The notes: generated by a model from the sequence alone, not told the origin. 64,000 nucleotides of DNA from Thermoplasmata archaeon (GCA_029864565.1 JAOTTD010000004.1:6727-70726), one strand, 5' to 3'. Shown: positions 1 to 9,887, counted from the first letter of the stretch. Translations and numbers: made by a program.

Positions 1-1158
1 TGAAAGGCCTGTTATGATGTTCGTCGCCGGGCCCGTCGTGGACGCCTCGGCAATCTCTCTTACTGGCCTCCAGCTGCCAGATGTGTAGTACTGGGTGATG
101 TAGACGATCACTATGCTCAGCACAATGCCGATGAGCCCTGCGCCAAAGAAGTAGATCCACTCGTCTCCGAACATGTACTTTGTCGCAACATAGAAGAATA
201 CCGCAGCCAGGATGCAGGTGACGTAGTAACCAAGGTTGATTCCTGACATCGGGTCCTTGTTTTCCTTTGTCAGCTTGACAACGAGCACGCCTACCAGAGA
301 TGCAAATATTCCGAACGACCTCGCAACGAGCGGGAAGAATATCCAGACAAGCGCCTCGACATGATCCCAGCGATATGCGGCTGGCACTCCCTCCGTCCAG
401 AAGGTGTATAGTGCCAGACCGAGAACCATCGCTCCGATGTTCTCCGCGGCGGTCGACTCGAACAAATCCGCGCCTCTGCCCGCGCAGTCACCGACGTTGT
501 CACCTACCAGGTCGGCTATGACCGCAGGGTTTCTTGGATCGTCTTCTGGGATGCCTGCCTCGACCTTGCCTACGAGGTCTGCACCCACATCTGCCGCCTT
601 AGTGTATATCCCACCGCCGAGCTGTGCGAACAACGCCGCAAAGCTCGCGCCAAACGCAAACCCGATGGCAGCGTCCAATGACTCGCTGATCTCGAACCCC
701 ATTCCAGTGTTGAAAGTGTAGAATATCCCGGCCACGCCCAACAGGCTGAGCGCCACGACTGCCATCCCGGAAACCGCACCGCCTCTGAACGAGACGACAA
801 GCGCCTCGTTGAGCGTGCGCCTAGCCGCTGCAGCAGTGCGAATGTTGGACCGCACGCTCACATACATGCCTATGTAACCAGACAAGGCGGACGAAAGCGC
901 ACCAACCAGGAATGAAACTCCGACGTAAGGTTTGGGCTCTATCGCCGCGCCAATGAGAGCGCCCAGAATCAAGCTTATCACGATGATTGTCGTGTACTGT
1001 CTCTTCATGTACGCCATTGCGCCCTGTTTGATGGCGTCGCCGATTTCCTGCATCTCAGGCGTTCCCAGGTCCTTCCTGAATACGTACCATGTAAGGTATC
1101 CTGCGAAGGCCAGGCCGACGATTCCAGCGATTGGTATGACGAGTGTAATGTCAACCAT
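1..1158 (-). CDS. hppA: Membrane-integral H+/Na+-translocating pyrophosphatase (V-type PPase), N-terminal ~386 codons; the rest lies left of the window
   Basis: Not in the ORF track because there is no stop inside the window. Hand translation of the minus strand from the ATG at 1158-1156 gives MVDITLVIPIAGIVGLAFAGYL... It includes the family hallmark GGIYTKAADVGADLVGKVEAGIPEDDPRNPAVIADLVGDNVGDCAGRGADLFES. The short ORFs listed at 291-1189 are shadows of this frame. Confidence 0.9.
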   Translation of the reverse strand, partial: MVDITLVIPIAGIVGLAFAGYLTWYVFRKDLGTPEMQEIGDAIKQGAMAYMKRQYTTIIVISLILGALIGAAIEPKPYVGVSFLVGALSSALSGYIGMYVSVRSNIRTAAAARRTLNEALVVSFRGGAVSGMAVVALSLLGVAGIFYTFNTGMGFEISESLDAAIGFAFGASFAALFAQLGGGIYTKAADVGADLVGKVEAGIPEDDPRNPAVIADLVGDNVGDCAGRGADLFESTAAENIGAMVLGLALYTFWTEGVPAAYRWDHVEALVWIFFPLVARSFGIFASLVGVLVVKLTKENKDPMSGINLGYYVTCILAAVFFYVATKYMFGDEWIYFFGAGLIGIVLSIVIVYITQYYTSGSWRPVREIAEASTTGPATNIITGLS

Positions 1159-1370
1159 TGATGTTCCCCCTAATCAATCGCCGTCGTGATTAAGCTCCGA
1201 ATATAAATCATTAACCAAGGGAAGCGGCCTGTTGGCGCTAGCCCTTGGGTAAGCATTCGAAATCCGCTCTTTGGGGGTGCGCACGCTTTGAACTATAAAA
1301 CGGCGGGGCGGAGGCGAGTTCGCCTCTCGTCCCATGGAGTTTCAACAGCTGTCGAGACCGACCCAATCGC

Positions 1371-1592
1371 CTATCGTTCGATCAGCGTCTCGACGTACCG
1401 GACAAACCGCAGCCTCTGTATCTTGTCAGATATCTGGCCGACCTTCTCCAAATTGGGCACGTCGACGAATGCTGCATAGTCGTAATGTCCGAACACCAGG
1501 AAGCCACTCTTGACACCGGGTATTCGGATTATCTTGTTGGCGTTCTCGAAAGTCTTGGGCTCCAGCATTATAAGAATGAGTGCTTTTACCAT
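1371..1592 (-). CDS. Stand-alone Lrp/AsnC-type ligand-binding (RAM) domain protein
   Basis: 73 aa. The pattern ALILIMLEP...IPGVKSGFLVFGHYDYAAFVDV fits the beta-alpha-beta-beta-alpha-beta RAM domain without an HTH. It is tandem with a paralog. Confidence 0.6.
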   Translation of the reverse strand: MVKALILIMLEPKTFENANKIIRIPGVKSGFLVFGHYDYAAFVDVPNLEKVGQISDKIQRLRFVRYVETLIER

Positions 1593-1601
1593 CAGTCCAC
1601 C

Positions 1602-1820
1602 TCACGTCATCTCCGGATATTCGATTAGAGTCTCGACAATCTCGACTCCTTCCGCCTTGTAGATGTGCATCCCAATATCCGCTATGTCAGTAAGTGGGAG
1701 CTCCTCTGTTTCGACGACGATGTCCCATCTCCCGTGAACGGGAAACGCGTTCTTGACTCCTGGCTCTCTCTTGGCTATGTCCAAGACCTTTCTCATTTTG
1801 AGAAGTTTGCAGCATACCAA
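1602..1820 (-). CDS. Stand-alone Lrp/AsnC-type ligand-binding (RAM) domain protein (paralog, TTG start)
   Basis: 72 aa. REPGVKNAFPVHGRWDIVVETEE aligns with the neighbouring gene. No ATG or GTG lies upstream in frame before a stop, so TTG at 1820 is the only available start. Confidence 0.5.
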   Translation of the reverse strand: MVCCKLLKMRKVLDIAKREPGVKNAFPVHGRWDIVVETEELPLTDIADIGMHIYKAEGVEIVETLIEYPEMT

Positions 1821-2062
1821 TATGCACGCTCTGACCGTGGGAATCCCTCCGAGGAGGACGAATCACGCCTGCCTGTATTTAGCCTGTCGCATGCAACAAC
1901 ACCGGAACCAGACACATACGGAGGCGCTGCGCACGCGTTCGGAGCCCAGATGACATGAATCCTAATGAAAAGCCTTATGATTGAAGATGGAGATTTGATG
2001 CAAGAGGAGCACGCGAAGGATCAGGCCATTTCCAGACCGTTCTATCAAGAAGGGTGGTTATC

Positions 2063-2755
2063 ATGAAAAAGGACTTTCAGAAGAGCAGTGACGAAGATAT
2101 AGACGCCTTCCTGGCTAGGAAGAAATCATCGCAGCCCGCGAGTCAGAAGGACAGCTCGAGCCAAACGTTCGGCAAGCCGAAACCGTCACAGGGTGACTAC
2201 ACCGACTCCAAGAAGCGGGACGATGACGTCCCGCGCGAGGAGACGGACGAAGAGAAGGAAGACCAGATAAGGGTTGCCAGGACTGGCAGAGCACAGGCTG
2301 AGGCGTATCGCGATGTCGCCGTTCTGAGGAAGAAGGCTCACGAGCACAGCCACAAGGCTGCACAGTTCTACCACAAGCACAAAGCCAACCAGGCAAAGGC
2401 CCAAAAGTGCTCATCGAGAGCAGTCGCTCATAGGGAGAAATCAGACGATAAACACGAAAAGGCAAAGGTGTACAGGGCTAGCATCAAGGATTACGAGGGA
2501 GAGTTAGCAGGGATTGCCGACGACAAGTCCGACTTGAGTCCAGAGGCATTGCAGAACAAAATCGCCGGATTAGAGCGAAAGGCGGCGAAACAGGAGGAAA
2601 TCGCCAGGAAGCGGGAGCACGCTGCCGCTCTGCAAACAGAGAAGGCCGCCAAGTTCAGGTCTCGTGCGGCAAGATTCCTCGAGAAGAGCCGCCTTCACGA
2701 AAGCGAAGCGAGGATGTTCACCAAGAGAGCTGACAATCTGGAGAAGGCCGGGTAA
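2063..2755 (+). CDS. Highly charged Lys/Glu/Ala-rich predicted coiled-coil protein, function unknown
   Basis: ORF 2054-2755; the ATG at 2063 (MKKDFQ...) is the likelier start. I recognise no enzymatic motif. Confidence 0.5.
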   Translation: MKKDFQKSSDEDIDAFLARKKSSQPASQKDSSSQTFGKPKPSQGDYTDSKKRDDDVPREETDEEKEDQIRVARTGRAQAEAYRDVAVLRKKAHEHSHKAAQFYHKHKANQAKAQKCSSRAVAHREKSDDKHEKAKVYRASIKDYEGELAGIADDKSDLSPEALQNKIAGLERKAAKQEEIARKREHAAALQTEKAAKFRSRAARFLEKSRLHESEARMFTKRADNLEKAG

Positions 2756-2790
2756 GACGTACGGAATGCGCTACGGCCCTGACCTTCGTC

Positions 2791-3192
2791 TCACTTGCGT
2801 CTGTTCGCCTTCTTGTCGTCGTCGGGACTTGGGCGCTGCCACCACAACATAGACGCTTCCGTTGTGAAGTCAATCTCGTCGTCGCTGTCCTCGCCGTCAA
2901 CTGTCATCTGTATGCGGAGTCTACCATTGTGCAGGACAACCTCTGCACTCTCGACGGTGGACTTGTAGCTCGATACCGATTTGCCACCTTCTGACATCGT
3001 CTTGGCATCCTCACGAAGGAGACCTGCTTCACGCAATGCCCTGATTCGCCTGTAGCAGGCGGCGAGCGGTATACCGATGAGTCTGCTCAATTCTGTTGCA
3101 TTGAGAGGCGTTTCGCTCGTCAGGTGGAGTATTTCCGAGGTGTGCTTGTCGAGCACCAGACTGAACATCTCAAACGGGTCCAACAGCATCAC
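2791..3192 (-). CDS. Winged-helix (ArsR/TrmB-like) DNA-binding protein
   Basis: LNATELSRLIGIPLAACYRRIRALREAGLL is a helix-turn-helix plus wing. It is a paralog of 8011-8442 (IPIAACYRRIHELEQVGLI). Only a 5-nt gap separates it from the upstream zinc-ribbon gene. Confidence 0.6.
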   Translation of the reverse strand: MMLLDPFEMFSLVLDKHTSEILHLTSETPLNATELSRLIGIPLAACYRRIRALREAGLLREDAKTMSEGGKSVSSYKSTVESAEVVLHNGRLRIQMTVDGEDSDDEIDFTTEASMLWWQRPSPDDDKKANRRK

Positions 3193-3197
3193 CTACA

Positions 3198-4184
3198 TCA
3201 GATTCTAGACAGACCCTCCCAGTTCTGGTCGAAACTCCCGTTTCCTATCCCCTCGAGCTGTATCGAAGTGTGCTCTATCGCAAGCTTGCGGAGATGCCTC
3301 TGGATATAGTTCAGGTCGCCGGTCTCGAGGTCTACATGGACGAAAACCACGTTCTCGTTCCTGATGATTGGAATCGTCTTGTTCTCCGCGACTGAGGCCC
3401 CCGCGTCAATGATCAATGATTCGCATGATGGACACGTGCCATCCTGGAGCGTCACATGCTCGCCGCAGTGCGGACACTCCAGCTCGGAAATGGCCTCAGT
3501 GTCGAATACCGTGTCCTTCAGCAGGCTGAGTATTCCCACGTCAGATATGCCGAGTCCAGTCCCGCACATTGGGCAGTTGCCGACGTCTAATGCGACGAGG
3601 GTGCCACAATGGCTGCATTCAAGGACGAAATCCGACTCGCCGCTATCTGGCTCCAGGTAGCTCATGATTCCTTCAAGCGCGTCGAAATGTAGAACAGGAA
3701 GCGATTCCGGAGTTCGAAGCTCCAGGCTGTCATCATCGTGAGCGGACTCCATCTGAATCCTCTCGAGTTCGGCGATCGACTCAGGCAAGAGGTCGAGGAG
3801 ATACCTTGCACGGCACTTCGGACAGATGTCCATGCCTTCTGGAATCTTGGCACCGCACTCAAAGCAGACGAAGTGTTTCGGCACTGGCTCGCTTAGTGCC
3901 GGGGCCGAGGTGGCCGCAGTCGGCCTTGCCGATGAGGACACACCTTTCATCACGGCCTCCGTAATCTTCATATCCTCCTCGGAGACAGACTTGTTCATCA
4001 GAACCTCTGAGCGGTGCCTGACAGATTTCGGCTTCGCCTTCACAATCCTGACGAGGGTCTTCTTCTCTTCCCGAATGGTCACCATCTGGACCTTCTCGCC
4101 CTTGTCGCCTTTGAGCTTGGCAAACATGGAGTTTCCAGTCCCAGCTGATTGACCCTTACCCTTCCGTCTGAGATCGCCCTTCAT
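3198..4184 (-). CDS. Protein with three CxxC-Xn-CxxC zinc-ribbon modules, function unknown
   Basis: The three modules are CFECGAKIPEGMDICPKC, CSHCGTLVALDVGNCPMC and CPHCGEHVTLQDGTCPSC. The N-terminus is basic. Confidence 0.6.
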   Translation of the reverse strand: MKGDLRRKGKGQSAGTGNSMFAKLKGDKGEKVQMVTIREEKKTLVRIVKAKPKSVRHRSEVLMNKSVSEEDMKITEAVMKGVSSSARPTAATSAPALSEPVPKHFVCFECGAKIPEGMDICPKCRARYLLDLLPESIAELERIQMESAHDDDSLELRTPESLPVLHFDALEGIMSYLEPDSGESDFVLECSHCGTLVALDVGNCPMCGTGLGISDVGILSLLKDTVFDTEAISELECPHCGEHVTLQDGTCPSCESLIIDAGASVAENKTIPIIRNENVVFVHVDLETGDLNYIQRHLRKLAIEHTSIQLEGIGNGSFDQNWEGLSRI

Positions 4185-4906
4185 AATGGCAGCCTTCTTC
4201 TGTCAATAGCTCTTGAAGTAACCGTGGCTGGTGAGTTCTATTCGTCTCCAATAGATAAACCCGTATCGACCCGGTAATCACGGCTGATAACATCTCTCAC
4301 GGTCAGGAACAAGCATCTTGCACCATCGGTTCTTGCAGCCTATCCATCTGAGGCGGTGCTCTAAATGAGCACGATTCTGGGATGAGCCTTCGTGTCGGGT
4401 GAATATTGGGACATGGCGTCAATGAATCCGAGGCCTGCCTGCTCGATCCTACCGAGCTGTAGGGGATGCTGTAGGCAATGATGAGGAGGCCGACAGGGAT
4501 CATTAGCCCCTTACTTCTTCCTATGGTCCAGTAACGCCTTTCGGAGATCGAGATCAATCCTGACCAGGTTCGCGGGCTGCGTGGCTATGGAGGTGGGCGG
4601 AAGATCCTCCATCAGGCTGCAGCACCGAGTCTAGTTGCACTACTTGTTGGAGTTTCCTCCCATTCATCCGAACCATCCAACTCAGCTGTAGATCGAGACA
4701 TAAGTCATATGAACGCATTTTAACCTCGAATACACCTGCCCTTCGCCAGTACATCAGCCAGACCTGTAATTGCAGCAACCGCACTGTCTCGCAAATATGT
4801 CCAGATCTCGCCCTCCTGCTCAGGGCCACCGACAGAAAAGGATATAAAGAGGACCCAGTATTGTCCTCCTCGCGTCCAGACTACCTGTTCTGAGGGCGTT
4901 GGTGTC

Positions 4907-5776
4907 ATGACTGAGATGGTTGATGAGCTCGAAGAGAAGCGCGCTCGCCAAAACGCAGAGGCTGAGAGGCGAAAGCGTCTGAGAGATGAGCTCAACGACA
5001 AGACTCGGCAGTGGGCCGACCAAAGGGATTCACTCAACGCCCAGGTACGGAAGCTCATCGACGAGGCGAACACGCGTCGCGAGAGCCGTGACAAGATGAA
5101 CGCCGAAGTCAGGGAAGCCAAGGCAAAGAGGGACGAGTGGAACAGGAAGTTCAACGAATGCTCCGAAAAGGTCCAGTCATTGAGACGCGAGAAGATGCCC
5201 AAGGACGGCGTGCCCATTCGCCGGATAAGGGCGGAGCTGAGGGCGCTTGAGAAGAAGCACATGACCTCCGTTATGAGCCCTGACAAGGAGAGGGGGCTGG
5301 TCGAGCAGATATCCTCGCTCTCGGCAAAGCTGCAGGCGATGGAGAGAGAGCTGGAGCAGTGCACGGAAGTCAGGGTCGCTGAGAAAGATGCTCGAGAGGC
5401 CAAGGACAAGGCGGAGGAGTTCCACCTCCAGGTCGCCGAGCTCGCGGAGAAGGCCCAGGCAGAGCACGATGCGATGCTCAAGCTATATGAACAGGCAGAT
5501 GCGCTCCGGAAGGAGGCCGACCAGGCCCAGGAGAAGTTCATCGAGACGAAGCTGGCCGCCGATGAGGAGCACAGGGAGCACATAGAGCATATCCGCCAGG
5601 TGCATGATTTCGACAAGCTGATTGCAGGCATCCGTGACAAGTCGAGGAGGGCAAAGCGCGAGAAGGATGAGACTGTTGCCAAGAGAGAGGCTGAGGATAT
5701 CTTCGAGCGCTTCAAGAGCGGAGAGAAACTCAGCACAGACGATATCATGGTCCTCCAGAAATCCGGCTATCTATAG
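4907..5776 (+). CDS. Conserved archaeal coiled-coil protein (COG1340-like)
   Basis: 289 aa of continuous heptad-like E/K/R/A-rich sequence, matching the size and composition of the archaeal coiled-coil family as I recall it. Ends in TAG. Confidence 0.55.
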   Translation: MTEMVDELEEKRARQNAEAERRKRLRDELNDKTRQWADQRDSLNAQVRKLIDEANTRRESRDKMNAEVREAKAKRDEWNRKFNECSEKVQSLRREKMPKDGVPIRRIRAELRALEKKHMTSVMSPDKERGLVEQISSLSAKLQAMERELEQCTEVRVAEKDAREAKDKAEEFHLQVAELAEKAQAEHDAMLKLYEQADALRKEADQAQEKFIETKLAADEEHREHIEHIRQVHDFDKLIAGIRDKSRRAKREKDETVAKREAEDIFERFKSGEKLSTDDIMVLQKSGYL

Positions 5777-6076
5777 CCTGCAGTCGCAGCAGATGAAACG
5801 AGGGTCTAAAATGGAAACGTCTGACACCATCCCCCAGAAGATGCTGGTAAGGGGCCTCTGAGGTAGGTTTCATATGGAATCTATTTATAGTTGGATTTCG
5901 ACAAGTTTATATAGTGCACCACCAATATATCAGTTGGGAAATTTTGGGCTAGTTGTTAGAGTGCATCCCATCCCTTCTGACAAGGCTAGCCCTTCCCTTC
6001 CCTTTTTTTGTAAGTTTTCGAGCCTTGCATAAGCTATTTATCCAACTCCCATGCTTAGTGCGACGGGACTGCGTCC

Positions 6077-7417
6077 ATGGTGCTGGAAGGCCTCGGAAAG
6101 TCGTTGAAAGACGCGATCAAGAAGATAGCGAACGCGTCGCATGTAGACCATGAGCTGGTTAAGGATGTCGTCAAGGACGTCCAGAGGGCTCTTCTTCAGG
6201 CTGATGTGAATGTCAAGCTCGTGCTCGCAATGACCAAGAACCTCGAGAGGAGGGCGCTCACCGAGAAACCGCCTGCGGGGATGAGCTCAAGAGAACATGT
6301 CATAAGGATCATTCACGAGGAGCTCGTGGGGATTCTTGGCAAGTCCAAGGAGATTCCAGCGAAGCCGCAGCGGATCCTCATGGTCGGACTCTATGGCCAG
6401 GGCAAGACCACGACGGCTGGCAAGCTCGCCAAGGACCTACACAAGCGAGGCATGAGGGTCGGCTTGGTGGCAGGCGATGTACATCGACCTGCTGCCTACG
6501 ACCAACTTGTCCAAATCGGCAAGAAGATCAGCGTGCCAGTGTTTGGTGATCCCGAGTCCAAGAGCGCCATATCGGTGGCCAAACGAGCTCTCAAGGAGTT
6601 CGACGGATATGATGTCATAATCTTCGACACCTCTGGGAGGCATGCCCTCGAAGCCGACTTGATTAAGGAGATCAAGACGGTCGCGAAGGCCGTTGACGCA
6701 GAAAACAAGATACTCGTGCTCGACGCGCAGACAGGGCAGCAGGCGGGGCCACAGGCGAAAGCGTTCCATGACGCCGTTGGCCTTACAGGGGTCATTCTCA
6801 CCAAGATGGATGGCACGGCGAAGGGTGGTGGCGCGCTCAGCGCCGTGGCGGAGACCGGCGCTCCAATCGCGTACATCGGCGTAGGCGAGCATCTCGAGGA
6901 CCTTGAGAGGTTTGACCCTGACCGATTCATCAGCAGGCTTCTCGGCATGGGGGACATCAAGGCGCTCATAGAGGCTGCCAGCGAGGTAGTGGACGAAAGA
7001 AAGGCCGAAGAGGCCGCCAGAAGACTGATGTCCGGCAAATTCACGCTCAGAGACATGTACGACCAGATGGAGATGCTTCAGGGAATGGGCCCGTTCAAGA
7101 AGCTTGCGTCGATGCTCCCAGGCCTGGCTGACAAGCTCACAGAACAGGACGTTGAGTTGACGCAGGAACGGCTTGCTCGATTCCGTGTGATAATGGATTC
7201 GATGACCGAGGAGGAGTTGGAGAATCCGAAGATGATCAAGTCCGCGCGGGTCACCAGGATAGCGAGGGGAAGCGGGACCACGACCAAGCAGGTCAGGGAG
7301 CTTCTCAAGCAATACGATGCATCGATAAAGGCCATGAAGGGGTTCTTGGGCAACAGGAAGATGCGCAGACAACTAATGAAGCAATTCAAGGACTTCGAGC
7401 CGGCCAAGGGGGCGTGA
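6077..7417 (+). CDS. srp54: Signal recognition particle protein SRP54
   Basis: N domain, G domain with GLYGQGKTTTAGKLA, DTSGRH and TKMDG motifs, and a Met-rich M domain (MLQGMGPFKKLASMLPG). Confidence 0.95.
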   Translation: MVLEGLGKSLKDAIKKIANASHVDHELVKDVVKDVQRALLQADVNVKLVLAMTKNLERRALTEKPPAGMSSREHVIRIIHEELVGILGKSKEIPAKPQRILMVGLYGQGKTTTAGKLAKDLHKRGMRVGLVAGDVHRPAAYDQLVQIGKKISVPVFGDPESKSAISVAKRALKEFDGYDVIIFDTSGRHALEADLIKEIKTVAKAVDAENKILVLDAQTGQQAGPQAKAFHDAVGLTGVILTKMDGTAKGGGALSAVAETGAPIAYIGVGEHLEDLERFDPDRFISRLLGMGDIKALIEAASEVVDERKAEEAARRLMSGKFTLRDMYDQMEMLQGMGPFKKLASMLPGLADKLTEQDVELTQERLARFRVIMDSMTEEELENPKMIKSARVTRIARGSGTTTKQVRELLKQYDASIKAMKGFLGNRKMRRQLMKQFKDFEPAKGA

Positions 7418-8019
7418 GCTGCTTGAGGAGATTCGTCGTACTCGGCCATAGGGCGATTACGTCTGCCGATTTCAAATTGGACGACCTCAGCGGGTCGACA
7501 GGCAGGTTGGACATCCTTCTGCGATGCGTCAACTCCGCATTCTTCATATCACACGATATCAGACGGGATGTCGAGATTACGCTAATGCTATTGGGTGCGC
7601 CGAACCCCCCGAAAACCATAAGGATCGTCGGCTCCGAGGTGAAGTACCTGAACCCCGACGAGAGGAGCACAGCGGCGCTCATACGGAACGCCTTGCTCCA
7701 AAAGCCAGGTGGAGAGAGGAGGACATCTCCTGGCATATATGTGTCGGACAGGAGCTACAGTGAAGTGTTGTCGAACATACACAAGGAGTCACAGATGCAT
7801 TATCTCAAGGAGGATGGGGAGGACATCGGAGCCTGCTCCTTCGGAGAGGACAACACATTCGTGCTCGGGGACGATCAAGACCTCACGGAGGAGGAAGAGA
7901 AGACGCTGATGTCTTACGAGCCAAAGAAGCTGTCACTCGGACCCATAAGCTATCATGCAGATCACTGCGTCACAGTGGTGAACAACGAACTTGACCGAAG
8001 AACGGCACACTCACGCTGA
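7414..8019 (+). CDS. trmY: tRNA (pseudouridine54-N1)-methyltransferase TrmY (SPOUT, DUF358)
   Basis: GRLDILLRCVNSAFFISHDIRRDV and HADHCVTVVNNELD match my recollection of M. jannaschii TrmY. The start may be TTG at 7423 (MRRFVVLGHRAITS). Confidence 0.85.
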   Translation: MSCLRRFVVLGHRAITSADFKLDDLSGSTGRLDILLRCVNSAFFISHDIRRDVEITLMLLGAPNPPKTIRIVGSEVKYLNPDERSTAALIRNALLQKPGGERRTSPGIYVSDRSYSEVLSNIHKESQMHYLKEDGEDIGACSFGEDNTFVLGDDQDLTEEEEKTLMSYEPKKLSLGPISYHADHCVTVVNNELDRRTAHSR

Positions 8020-8442
8020 TGAACCGGCAATCGCATGGGGGTCGGACGCGTGTTCGTCCCCGCCATTGCCATTGTCTGGCAGTACATCGTATTTCAAGAC
8101 GAAGCGACCGTTGGAGAAGCGTATCACGGCCGATTTGAGCTTGCACCGATAAAGACGAACCCTCCTGCCTTTGTAGACCTCTTTCTCGCGATCGACGGAT
8201 ATCAGCCCGACCTGCTCAAGCTCGTGAATCCTGCGATAGCACGCAGCAATGGGTATCCTGCACACCTTGCTCAACCTCTGAGCGGAAACAGGGGATTCGT
8301 ATGTGTAGGCGAGGATCTTCTGCGAGTAATCGTCCGCGAGAAGTCTCGATACGGTCTTGGATCGGTCTTCCGGTGTCATCGCATCCTCAATGAAAAGAGT
8401 CATTCGGGCATTTAAGGTGGTTTTCTTCAGGTTATCAGTCAT
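8011..8442 (-). CDS. Winged-helix (ArsR/TrmB-like) DNA-binding protein, paralog of 2791-3192
   Basis: SAQRLSKVCRIPIAACYRRIHELEQVGLISV. The C-terminal half also parallels the paralog (FSNGRFVLKY vs LHNGRLRIQM). Confidence 0.6.
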   Translation of the reverse strand: MTDNLKKTTLNARMTLFIEDAMTPEDRSKTVSRLLADDYSQKILAYTYESPVSAQRLSKVCRIPIAACYRRIHELEQVGLISVDREKEVYKGRRVRLYRCKLKSAVIRFSNGRFVLKYDVLPDNGNGGDEHASDPHAIAGSSA

Positions 8443-8673
8443 GATAACACACTATGCATATCCAGGCAGGCCCTTCTCACGTGTCGATCTGCGGAAATTC
8501 GGTTTGACGCGGAATTGTGTTGATTCCTTCATTCTGAAGTGAATCGGGATATTTCCATGCCGAATTCAAGCCGGTTGATCTATCCTTGGCAAGAATCCTT
8601 ATCTCCTGCTGAGAGGATGAGCCGGCAAATGGAAATGGCCATGAGTGATTGAGACTTGGATGAGGTGAGCGCA

Positions 8674-9447
8674 ATGACGGAAATGAATTTCAGAGAGATT
8701 GGAGAGCTTTTGGCGACTGCATTTCGATTGACAACACGGCCGCTGGCAGTATACGGATCTGAAACTCTGCCCTCCGGTACTGTCCATGTTCCGGAAGTGA
8801 ACCGGTGCCTTGCCGCTTCATTGTACAAGATGGCGGCCGAAGAAGAGCTATCTGCAATCTACGTCACTGGAGACTCACGGGAAGGTTGTTGCCCAGGAGG
8901 ATTAACTCATACAGGATTCCTACCTGGAAATGAATTCACCAAATACTTCGTATCCACGGGAACAAAGGATTTCAGGGAAGGGGCAGCAGAATATCTGAAA
9001 TCTAGCCCGGAAATCTTTGAACGGTGTCAGGCGGCGTTAGGCAAGATCACTCCGCCAGGCAAGTATCTCATCATCCAGGCATGCGAAACGCTTCCCGATA
9101 GGATGCCCGAGGTCAGGTCGATTTGCTGTTTCGGCGCCGCCGAGCAGATCCGGAATTTGGCGGCACTGGTCCATTTTGACCGCGACGACCCATTCTCACC
9201 GGTGATTGTTCCGTGGGGTCCTTCATGTTCGACCTTTATCTCATACCCGGCTGGAATGTGTGAGAAAGCACCAAAGAATACTGCATTTATGGGTCCCGCG
9301 GACCCTACACAAAACAGGAACATCCCCCCAGAAATGATGGCACTCGGAATTCCAGCCGAAATGGCGGTGAGGATGGTTGGAAATCTGGGCCTTTCATTTA
9401 TTAGCAGGAGACCACAAGTTGCATTTCCCAATCATGAAAGAGGGTGA
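8674..9447 (+). CDS. DUF169-like protein (uncertain)
   Basis: About 257 aa. Cys-containing blocks (EGCCPGG, GPSCSTF) and overall length resemble DUF169 as I recall it. ORF track start is 8656; the ATG at 8674 is likelier. Confidence 0.4.
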   Translation: MTEMNFREIGELLATAFRLTTRPLAVYGSETLPSGTVHVPEVNRCLAASLYKMAAEEELSAIYVTGDSREGCCPGGLTHTGFLPGNEFTKYFVSTGTKDFREGAAEYLKSSPEIFERCQAALGKITPPGKYLIIQACETLPDRMPEVRSICCFGAAEQIRNLAALVHFDRDDPFSPVIVPWGPSCSTFISYPAGMCEKAPKNTAFMGPADPTQNRNIPPEMMALGIPAEMAVRMVGNLGLSFISRRPQVAFPNHERG

Positions 9448-9701
9448 AGGGGTCTGCGAGGGGTAATTGACCATTCTCTTGGGGAAAAAGGCCACAAGAG
9501 CGAGGGCCAGTTATACCACTGCGTGTCTAAACTCGACGGTGAGTGCGTTCAAATCGGCCGTCAGACACCCATCGAGGACGATTTCCCTGAATCATACTTA
9601 ACGCAACAGTGGCGTGACATGCATCATTACTTGTATGAAGACCCGTTAAACCCCTTTGCGATAAGTGCTATGAGTGCTTTCGCGAAAAAGGAGAAGAAAC
9701 A

Positions 9702-9887
9702 ATGAGTTACGGCAATTATGGAGGCGGCAGCCGTAGACGTGACTCAGGTCCCAGGGAGATGCACAAGATAAAGTGCTCTGACTGCGGAGCTGACGCGGAG
9801 GTCCCGTTCAAGCCTACAGAGGGAAAACCGGTCTACTGCCAGACTTGCTTCCAGAAGCACCGACCCCCACGAAGAGACAGATTCTGA
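9702..9887 (+). CDS. Small CxxC-x17-CxxC zinc-binding protein
   Basis: CSDC followed by exactly 17 residues (GADAEVPFKPTEGKPVY), then CQTC. Gly/Arg-rich N-terminus. An AGGAG lies upstream. Confidence 0.6.
   Translation: MSYGNYGGGSRRRDSGPREMHKIKCSDCGADAEVPFKPTEGKPVYCQTCFQKHRPPRRDRF

Noticed and set aside
4720-5748. 342-aa ORF on the minus strand
   Set aside because: It is antisense to the coiled-coil gene 4907-5776. Its Ser/Ala/Leu-rich low-complexity sequence is the mirror image of an E/K/R/A-rich coding strand, so it is a shadow ORF.
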